Shown here: piece by piece, positions 54,092-64,000 of the stretch
Layout of the letters: each line of letters opens with the position of its first letter
Position numbering within the stretch: the first letter of the stretch is position 1
DNA from: the human T2T-CHM13v2.0 reference genome, Homo sapiens
DNA length: 64,000 nucleotides
Strand: one strand, 5' to 3'
Assembly (NCBI RefSeq): GCF_009914755.1
Contig: NC_060931.1
Position numbers and translations under genes: made by a program
The notes under the pieces: model-generated
Databases searched by the model: none
Seen by the model: the letters and a program-made list of their open reading frames with translations, nothing else
Told to the model about the DNA's origin: nothing

Positions 54092-54640
54092 TAGTTCTTA
54101 TTAATGGTAAAAGAAATTATAAAGTCAGCCTATATTAAGCGGATCCACAGTCTTCATAGGGTTCTAGAAAACTCTTCATTAATTAATTCATTCAATACTT
54201 GTCTATTAATCAGCTACTATTGATCACCTACAGTCAAGCACTGTTGTAGACATGGAGATTAAGAAAATTTGTAAAGATTTCTGCCCTCACTGTTGACTTG
54301 TGCCATATGGCAAATTAGTTTATTTCAATATGGTTAAATTGCTTTGCTTTTTGTTATTATTCACCCACACGATCAGAGCTGGCACCGATATGCAAAGCCC
54401 TTTGTTGGGAAACTCACAAACCTACTATTCCTGTAAAGTAGGAAGCTGCTTTTCTTTGTGTTACAGTGCCCTTTGAGGAGTAGCTGAGGCTGGGCTCTCA
54501 CGCTTGTACATGTGCTGGTCCCTATACTGACTTTAAGCATATTCCATAGATAAAAGGAAACAACTTCTTGCATCAGGAAATTAATGACATGAGGCTTTTT
54601 TTATCTGTTCCTAATTGACCACCTTATGTAAAGAATCTTA

Positions 54641-54934
54641 GGCTGGTTGTAGTGGTTCACACCCGTAATCCCAGCACTTTGGGAGGCAGAGGTGGGAGGA
54701 TCGCTTGAGCCCAGGAGTTTGAAACCAGTCTGAGCAGCACAGGGAGACCCTGTCTCTACAACAAATTTAAAAATTAGCCAGGTGTGGTGGCATGTGCCTG
54801 TAAGTCCCAGTTACTCAGGAGGCTGAGGTGGAAGGATGGCTTGAGCCTGGGAGGTCAAGGCTGCAAGGAGCCGTAATCACACCATTGCACTCCAGCGTGG
54901 GTGACAGTGGGACCCTGTCTCAAAATAATCCAAA
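54641..54934 (+). mobile_element. AluJ
   Basis: Diverged dimer; TSD AAAGAATCTTA at 54630-54640 and 54935-54945. Confidence 0.93.
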
Positions 54935-54949
54935 AAAGAATCTTATATT

Positions 54950-55122
54950 TTATGGTGTCACAGACCCCTTTGAGAATCTGATGAAAGCTATGGATCCTCT
55001 TTCCAGAAAAAAAAGCAGCTAATGCAAGCACACTAACATTTACACATGAATTTAAAAAAATCACAGACCCCTGAAACTAACTTGTTTATTTTCATGGATC
55101 CCAGGCCCAAGGACCCCTGGTC
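54950..55122. mobile_element. hAT-Charlie family non-autonomous DNA element fragment
   Basis: acagacccctttgagaatctgatgaaagctatggatcctct...aaggacccctgg. Confidence 0.55.
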
Positions 55123-55682
55123 TGGAAGCTCTTACTTTTCTCAACTTCTTACTCTGAATTCCACATATGTGAAATTTCTGTGAAATGAAGTTTTCCTCTT
55201 TAATTTTAGCCCCTTAGATTGAGATATTGCGTGAAAACCTTGGGGACACCTGTTTTTTTATTATCATCATGATACAAGCTCTTCCCCTTGAGCAAGGTCA
55301 TTGGAGTGAACATCAGTCCTTGCGCTGGGCTGCTGGCACAAGATGATGTGTGGGAAACCCCAGCCCAGGCCTGGTTTCCTCTCTTCAAGCCAGATACCAT
55401 GTACTGGCTTTCATTTCTTCTTTCCAGTTGTGGGAATAAAGCCAAAGTTCCCTTGTACATTCACTTTACATGTTTGAATATGCCCTTTTGTATAAGTTTG
55501 TGTTCCTCTTTTTGCCTTTTGCAAAATCTGCTGACTACCACATCTTGGCCATTCAGAGAAGAACAGGTGGATGCTCACCAGTGTGGGCTGCCTCCATTTC
55601 CCCTGCTGAGGAGCAGTGATTCTAGACAGTAAAGTGGTGACATTAGTTATGAAATTCTTTGTTTGTGAAATTCACTTGCTAA

Positions 55683-56162
55683 TGTGGTAGCCTGTATAAT
55701 CACCCCCAAGAGAAGTTTATGTCCTAATCCTGGAATCTGTGAATATATTACTTTACATAACAAGAGATTGTGCAGCTGTTTAGAATAGTACGGATATTGA
55801 AATAAGGAGATTATCCTGTACTGTCTGGATAGGCCCTATATAATCATAAGGATCTACATAATCATAAGGCAGAAAGTTCAAAGTAAGAGTAGGCGACCTG
55901 ATCATGAAAACAGGGGTTGGAGCAATAAGGGGAAGTGAGTATGTGCCGGGAACAAAGGCAGCCTCTGAAAGCTGGAAAGGCAAGGAGACGGATTCTCTCC
56001 CAGAGCCTGCAAAAGGAGTACAGCTCTGCCCACGCTTTGATTTTAGCCTGCAAGTCCCATTTTGTGTTTCTAACCTCCAGAACTATAAGATAGTAAGTTT
56101 GTATTTCTTGAAGTTACTAAGTTTGTTGTGATTTGTTACAGCAGCAATTGGAAACTGATACA
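55683..56162 (+). mobile_element. MLT1D-like MaLR LTR
   Basis: tgtggtag...tcctaatcctggaatctgtgaatat...gttacagcagcaattggaaactgataca. Confidence 0.85.
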
Positions 56163-57372
56163 CTTATTAACCATTCCATTCAAAAAGAACAAAGGGTTAA
56201 AGTAGAAGCAAGATCAAATTTCCCAATCTACTTTTGCTCTGTCCTCTGCAATATCTGCAAGGAAGGATAGGCTGGAGATCATTTAGATGTAAGTGGTTGT
56301 TTCTCTTCACTCACTGGCTCTAGATTGTTATGCTTTCATAGTTCTTGTGTGTGCTTTTTATATTCTGCCTGTCTCCTCCCTCACTGTCCTCTTGTAGACA
56401 ACATGCATACCTCCCTGCTCCCATTTGCTATCTTTAATCTGCTAAAGGCTAAAAACCAAAGAAATTATAATTGACTTTTTAAAAAAGAGAAAATGGGCTT
56501 TGAATGAAAGCTCAAGGGACTCTCCTATTAAGGAACCCCATAACCTCTCGGGGTTTTACTGTGGCATCTATTTTGACCCTAAAGACGCTTTATTTATTTA
56601 TTTCACCTACATTTCCTTTTTCATCTGTGTTCAGCATTGTTGGGCATTCTGGGTAAGCATTCCCCACATAAATGGGATTGTCACTGTGTTATTAGATCTA
56701 AATCTTACAAGTTTTTTTGTATCAATCAATAATTCAATAATGAGTAAAGTGCCATGTCATACGTAGGTGGAGAGAGAAGTAATTAGAAGATTGCTTCCCA
56801 GTCGTATTGCTGTGTGCATCTTGATGCATTCTGAACCTCAGTTTCTCCCATTGTAAAATGGGCTTTATAACATCTGCCCTCTCCTCTGCCTCACTTGATC
56901 CTTACAATGGCCAGATGAGATATTACACAAAAGTGCTTTGTTAGCGGCAAAGCATAATAGAATAACACTTATTGTAAAAAAAAAAACACAGTGAAATTTT
57001 TATTTATCTCTACCGTCCTTTGGATATACCAAGAAGTCTTTGGGTTTTTTGGTGGAAATTCCTTCACTCATTCTTTCCTCATCTGATTGTTCAGTTAACA
57101 CCAGGAGAGCATGTTCCATATGGCAACTAGGGCTGGATGAGGGTACCAGATGCCCAGAAGATAGTGTGCTGTGATGAACAAAACTTGGGAATTATGCATA
57201 TCTAGGTCTGAATCCTGCCTCCATGCACTTGCAGTTTAACCTGTCTGGTCTTAGTTTCCTTATCTACAAATGATGCTAATGATACCTGCTAGGTGGGCCA
57301 GCTATAAAATATAACATATAAAATATATAATATGATATAAAATATAATATTCATTAACTATAAAATATATAG

Positions 57373-57780
<408 letters not shown>

Positions 57781-58110
57781 GGTCCCTACTCTTAATTGTT
57801 CTGCAGCTTTCACGTTGATTGAAACTGGATTCAGCACATAATTCCTTCCATAGAGGCTTTGCCTTGGGCACCTAGGCCTGAAGATGCACTGGCCTAGGTA
57901 AGGGGAAGGGAATGACCTAAGAGGGTTTCAGGTCAAACAAAATGGGAGAGGGAAGCTTGTCCATTTAGAGGCAGCAAAGTGGGGGAAGAGAAGAGGATCA
58001 GAGACAGGTGAACACACAGTCAGAAATATATGACTCCACCTTTCAGCCCCAAACCAAAGCTCCCAGGTGTTAGAAGGATTGAGAGGGTAGCCAGGAGCAG
58101 AGGGATTTCC

Positions 58111-58279
58111 TGTTTGGGATCCTGAGAGTGGTGCCTGCAGCAGAGTGAAAAGTGTGGTGTTTGGGACCCAGGGTGGGGTGCCCTAGGTGACAGAGCGAGA
58201 CTCCATCTCAAAAAAAAAAAAAAAAACTGTGGAGTTTGGGACCCTGGGAGGGGTGTCTGCAGCAGAGTAGACAGTGTGG
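58111..58279. repeat. Diverged ~47-bp tandem repeat (3 units) interrupted by an Alu 3' tip and poly-A (58182-58226)
   Basis: Units (t/a)gtttggga(t/c)cc...ggtg(c/t)ctgcagcagagt...agtgtgg start at 58111, 58158 and 58233. Confidence 0.85.
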
Positions 58280-61239
58280 TACAGCAGATGTAGCAGGGAG
58301 CCTGGGTTAGCATTCCCAAGCCTTATACGCAGCCTGTAGAAGAAGCAGAAGTTATTGAGGATGTGGCTGATGAGGTCTGCTATTCCAGGGGCAAAGAGAT
58401 CCCATACCTATGGGGGGAGGGCACAGTACCCTGGTCAGGGCTGCAGCAAGGACCTGGTTGGGGCCAAAACTTTGGGGAGGGTTACGGGGCTGAGATGGAG
58501 CCCAGAGATCAACTGCAAATGCGCCAGCTACAGATTTCAGCTCCAGAGGTCAGCATGGTATAGGGGCCATCCACATGTAGTCCTTTCCAGGACACCAAAG
58601 GACTACGGAATCAAATACGTAGAGTTAGAGTCCATTCCTCCTCACTTCCCTGGACTCCCCGATTTCCCCACACCCAGAGGTCATCTTGAAAAGGAAGGGG
58701 TAGGGAGATCTGGAAGATCAAGCATTGATGCACAAGCAGCCTGGCCACCCCCAAAAGCAGACTCCAACCCACAGAAACAGAGGTATTACTAACTGGTGAG
58801 TTTGAAGTGTAACTGCCCTGCACATCATGCACAGGAAGAACGGAAAATTCCTAATAAGGAAGCAACCTCTTATGAAACTGAGCAAGCAAGCTGGCAGCGT
58901 GTGCAGCCCAGTACACGTGGCAACAATGATAAGGATGGAGCGGTCCGGAGTGGGGGTGACCCAGCCCTTGCCTGCCAGTGGGATCTCTTAGTCAGGCTTG
59001 TGAGTGACCTCAGGCTGAAGGGCTAAGGGCCATGGCAGAAGCCTGACAGGAGAGGCAGGGAGCACAGAGCCAAGAGAGGCTAGTTTAGGGAGTAGGGACG
59101 GCTTCCCAAGGGGGTTGGTGCAGTTAGTGGGACCAGGGAACACGCTCACCTTTTATAGGGAGTGAGGCTCTCCTGGGTCATGAAACTGAGCTACAGAAGC
59201 CTGGCGCCTTTCTCAGGCTCTTCTGGTTGTAAGTTACAGAAAGCCATGGGAGCCAACTTGAGCAAATGCAATGGATGGGGCACTGCAGAGGCTCATGGAA
59301 TCAGAGAACAGAGACTGCAGGACCTAGGGAAGGCACAGGACTGGACCGGGGGACACAGTAAAGAGCCCAGGAAGGGTGTCATTTCTACTTTCCTCTGAGC
59401 CTCTACTTCATCCTCCCTTTGGCTTTGGACTGTCTTGCCTCGTTTTTTGTTGGGAAGGCCAACAGCTCCTGAGCTTACGTGTTGCAGGGCCAAGTTTCTC
59501 TCTGTCTCAGTTGAAATTTGCCATGAAGGGACTGGTTTGCCTCCTGTACACCCATCAATTCCACCAGGAGCAAGGGAGGACAAGGGAACAAAACAGCTTT
59601 CAAAACAACATTGTGGATGGGAGAGAAGCGGGGAGGTACGAATAAGGGGTCTAGGCTTCACCCTAGGCTGCCAGGAAGGATCAGTCACTCTCCCCAGTAA
59701 ATTAAGGAAAGTCCAGAAAGAAGAGAGAGTGATTTCGGGAAGCAGTAGGGGTGGACAGAAGAGGTACCCTCCTCCCCCTTGGACTTGGAAAAACAGAGCC
59801 AGCACTCTCCTGGCCATGAGTCAGAAAGTGGAGCTGTAGGGGGTGGCTGCAGAACCACAGGGTACATTTTTTCACTCTTTCATTATGTCACCTTAAAGAA
59901 ATTAAGTAAAACTGCCAGTAAGGAAAAAAGAAAGCTAATAGTGGGGATATTGCTCAAAGGCAGAAAATTAGTTAAACATTACATTGGGGTTTCACAACAG
60001 GTTGGTGTACTGATTTTCTCACAGCTCCTTAATGAGTCTTGGAAAAAAAGATATAATTTTAATGTGGTCTTGATTGCTTTATTCTCAGGTCAGCCTGAGA
60101 ATTTTCTCATGACGTTAATTATTCATTTTTGTAAGAAGCCTGCATAAATAAAAGTACAAGTACCGGGTGTCCAGTGTGGCATTTCAGGAGCTTGGAGAAA
60201 GAGGATAGAGAAGGTGAGAGCTGGGGGAAAATTGAGAGGTGGCCAGAAAGAGAGGCTTTGGTCATTTCCAGAGTCATGGAGTTGCAGAGAACTAGCTTTA
60301 GGCATTGCATGTAATTTAATGTTCTTCAATGTCCTGTAGCCTAAGACCACCTGGAACACACCTGTAGTCAACAAAGTTAGGCTGATTAACGCCACAGCAA
60401 GGGAAACTGCACGCTGTGGGGAAGCTTGAGGCATCTCAAAAGGGTGGATTAAGACAAGGGCACCCAATAAAGCTTTGGGGGCTGGAGTTAGTCACAGGAT
60501 GGTGTTGGCAGGATTTCATCAGATTCTGTAAACTGGGGAGTTTCTGGAAAAGTAAGTGGTCTTATCTTTGGGATTCACAAGTCTGTGTGGAGTTACTGAC
60601 AGGTCAATTTCTCTATGGTCTTATCTGGGAACAAATGGGCCTGAAAGAGCTGGTGTTTCAAGGTTTGAACTTAGATCGTCTGTGATGCCCACCACGGTGT
60701 GGTCGGGAGAAATTGGCCTGCTTCGAAACTGAGGCTTATGTTTTGAAAATTGTGGTTTCTGTTTTCATTCTCGGTCCCTGTCATCTCTCTGCCAACATGA
60801 ACCCCAGTCTGCCAGTCTACCTTTTTCATTTACTCACTATTTTTCTATCCCATCGTTATGGTTATTCTACTGACATGCTACATGTAACATAAAGAGCCCT
60901 ACAGCTGCATAACCTCCTGAGAGAGGGCTTCTTTAGTTTGCAATGGAGAACTGGAGATGGTGCTCATTCACAGATATCTAACACTCGGTAAGTCATCTTG
61001 TTTGACCACTCCCTCCTCACAGGTCTGTGCCTTAACTGTGCATGTGAAATATTATATATCTTAGATTTAAGAAACAATTTGGCTCAACAAATGACAGTAT
61101 CAGGGAGCTATTATGAGTTCTAAGAACTACCGTCCTCCTGCTATAGGTCCAGACAAGACTTTAGCATGGCAGGCTGCCTCCTAGGGCTGGGTAGTCAAGA
61201 AGGGCTGATAGTGGGTGAGCTAGTCAAGAAGCGCAGCAA

Positions 61240-62027
61240 AATGATGGTGAAATACCACTTCATACTTACTAGGATGGCTACTATTAAAAAAGAACACACA
61301 CACAGAAAATAACAGATGTGGGCAAGCATGTGGAGAGATTGGAACCCTTGGACACTGTTGGTGGGAATGTAAAATGGTGCAGCTATAATGGAAAACAATA
61401 CGGTGGAACTTCTAAAAAATAAAAATAGAATTACCATATGATCCAGTAATTCCACTCTGGGATATACCAGAATTGAAAGAATTGAAAGGAAGATCTTGAA
61501 GAGATATTTATATAACGATGTTCATTGCAGCATTATTTACCTTAGCCAAAAGGTACAAGCAAATCAAGTGTTCATTGATGCACGAATAAAAAAGCAAAAT
61601 GTGGCATATCCATACAATGGAATATAATTCAGCTATAAGAAGGAATAAAATGCTGACATCTGTTATAACATGGCTGGACCTTGATGACATTATGCCAAGT
61701 GAAAGTAGCCAGACATAAAAGACTACATCGTGTATGATTCCACTAACATGAAGTACTTACAGCATTCAAATTCATAAGGACACAAAGTAGAATGGTGGTT
61801 TCCAGGGGCTTGGGGGCAAAGGGGAACAGAGAGTTATTGCTTAATGGTTATACAGAGTTTGGGGAAGATGAAAATGTTTTAGAGATATGTTGGTTATGGT
61901 TGCACAACAATGTGAGTGTACTTAATGCCACTAAACTCTACATTTAAAATGGCTGAAATGTTACATTTTCTGTTACATATATTTCATCATAATTGGAACA
62001 ATGTTTTTAAAGCTAAAAAAAAAAAAA
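61240..62027 (+). mobile_element. L1MB-type 3' end
   Basis: ggatggctactattaaaaa...tggaacccttggacactgttggtgggaatgtaaaatgg; 3'UTR and A-tail at ~62014-62027. Confidence 0.85.
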
Positions 62028-63469
62028 GTCTAGCAGGAGAAGAACCCACAGGTAGCACAAACCCAAGTCCTTGGAGGAGGCTAGACACTGTGACTAAGCA
62101 AATCACATTCATATACCAGATCAAGGGGCAGGGAATGGGGCCCAACACTGAGGTCAGGAGCTGGTTGGTGTTAGAACAGATGATTCAAGGGATTCGCTAA
62201 AGGATTCTCTTTGTTGCCTGACTTTAGTGCATTGCAGGGGTGAGTCAGACTCCAGGATGCAAAATCAGAGCAGATAAGGGTTTTCCTTCTTCTTTTTCTC
62301 CCTCTCTTCAAGAATATTCAGTGGAGATTTTAAACAGCCTAGAATTCTCTAGTAAAGTGGTTTGGGGAATAGAATTATAGACTTCATCCTCTAAGCCCAT
62401 TGAATTCTTCCCCATCATAAGCAGAGCCAGATACAAGTGAGCACATAACTTCTCATGTTAGTGAGAAGCTATTGATTATGGCTGGGACATACGGCAAAAC
62501 CAACATTTCTCTCTCTAATGCTAGTGTTGGGAGCTTTCAAATCTAGAAGGACCAGCTGTGGTATATAGACATCAGAAGAGGGGTGGTTAAGGTAGGGAGC
62601 CCCTAGAGCAAGGAAAAGTTATAAATCTAGGCAGGCAGTCAGAGTCAGGGGTGTTCCCAGGAGAGTTATTAGATCTCCAGCAAGGAAACACAGATCATGG
62701 GTCCAAGGAAGAGCCAGAGGGAGTGGAGTTTTAAAGAAGCCAGACTTTCGGTGCTGGTGTGTTTCATGCTCTGTATCTTTTCTCTCCTGTACCTCATCTT
62801 GGTTCTTTGAAGGCTTTCTGGGTTTAAGGGAATGTCTCCAGTTTGGGGAAATGCTGGGTCCACTTTCTGCACTCTTTCTTGGGAGAGAAGAAAGAAAAAC
62901 AACCCAATAAAGAGAGAATGACCTAAGAGATATCTCAAAAGACCAGGGACCAAAAGCGGAGATTCCCAAAAAAACATTCTGAGAAAGCAGAAATAGTCAA
63001 CGCTTTGCCCTTCCATGGGAAGTTCCACTCTCTGAACGTGTTGGTCACTGGTTTGCTTTCTTCTCAGGGGTGACACAAGGTATGCAGAAACCCTCGAGGT
63101 CCCCTGGAGGGCAGAGTAAACCATCAACAACAGGTAGTCAGAGCCCAGCCTTATGGTCTGGAATTAAGCATCTAGAAGGATAGGGATGACAGGGGGAGGG
63201 CAAGAACAGTTAGGACCTCGCTTCTGGAGTAGCTAGAAAAACATGGAGAGATGGAAACAAACCAAGGACTGGGACATGAGGGAAGACAAGCTAGAAGCCC
63301 ACTTGCCGGGACCAATTTATCACATTAATATGGACTAGCCAAGAGGCTGACAATGCTGTGTCCTTTTGGAGCAATTAAAGAAATTCCTGACTGACTCTAA
63401 CTCAGGAGCATCTGAAAATGACCTGGTAAGGACATTATTAACAACTGAAAAATATCTACTGTAGATTGA

Positions 63470-63660
63470 ATGCCATTCATGAGTTAGGCAGTTTTCATTT
63501 ACTCTCCCATTTACTCTGGATGGTAAGGAAGGTGTGACTAGTCCATCTTACAGATGAGGAGAGTGAGGCTCAGAGAAATAAAATTGCTCATTAGCAAACA
63601 GTGGAAGCAGAGTGTAAGGGAATTGCATCATGATTGTACATGCTTTCCCTTATGCTTGTG
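63470..63660 (-). mobile_element. MIR
   Basis: ccatcttacagatgaggagagtgaggctcagaga. Confidence 0.65.
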
Positions 63661-64000
63661 AATGTTTATGATCTGAACTTCATTGTCTCAAGTAAGGTTT
63701 CTTCTCTTCGTCAACACCAGCTATCCATGGGAAAAGTTAAAATCCTACATTGCACCTCTGCCTTGGGAGCCAAATAAATGGGTCCATGTTCTTATTGACA
63801 GCTGCCTTTCCCTCCTCTTCTCTGTGAGACTGTGGAGGTGTTTATGAATGATAGATCCCATGCTCTGCACTGTCAAGTTGACTCTGGATATCTTTTAATT
63901 CTCCTCTCTGGAAGAAAAAAAAGTTTTTTTCCTAATAGAGCAACCACTTAACACTTGGAGTCTTTGAGAAGCAAAATGGTGGTCTTCAGATGGATCCACA

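Noticed and set aside
58111-58279. CRISPR-like repeat-spacer array
   Set aside because: The context is eukaryotic, the units are diverged and directly tandem, and the only interruption is an Alu tip.
58355-59867. Cluster of overlapping 60-174 aa ORFs in a more GC-rich tract
   Set aside because: They overlap on both strands, show no recognisable domain and have no coherent exon structure, as expected by chance at this GC content.
63099-63116. CTCF-like motif CCCCTGGAGGGCAG
   Set aside because: It has two mismatches to the core, one at a highly conserved position, and cannot be supported without ChIP data.

Overview
This is human or great-ape genomic DNA, AT-rich and dense in transposable elements. 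The only host protein-coding sequence I can support is the first coding exon of AOAH (acyloxyacyl hydrolase) on the minus strand. It runs from the ATG at 36523 to a phase-1 donor at 36397/36396 and encodes MQSPWKILTVAPLFLLLSLQSSASPANDDQSRPSLSNGHTCV(G). The ORF track misses it because it is only 127 nt. Positions 1-36396 are AOAH intron 1 (I did not see exon 2 in the window), about 36524-36950 is 5'UTR and promoter, and about 36950-64000 is upstream sequence. All long ORFs in the track are decayed L1 ORF1/ORF2 or Tigger1 transposase pieces. I see no new biological system. The interesting signals are retrotransposition and DNA-repair scars: an L1 3' transduction with a perfect 17-bp TSD (49842-50624), a perfect 45-bp templated insertion copied from 1.7 kb away (16346-16390), several other direct or inverted templated insertions, a twin-primed 5'-inverted L1 nested in a full-length Tigger1 nested in an old L1M, an unusual Alu tail fragment inside a 47-bp repeat, uORFs in the AOAH 5'UTR, and candidate cryptic or poison exons in intron 1. 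Boundaries and subfamily calls for old repeats are by eye and approximate.
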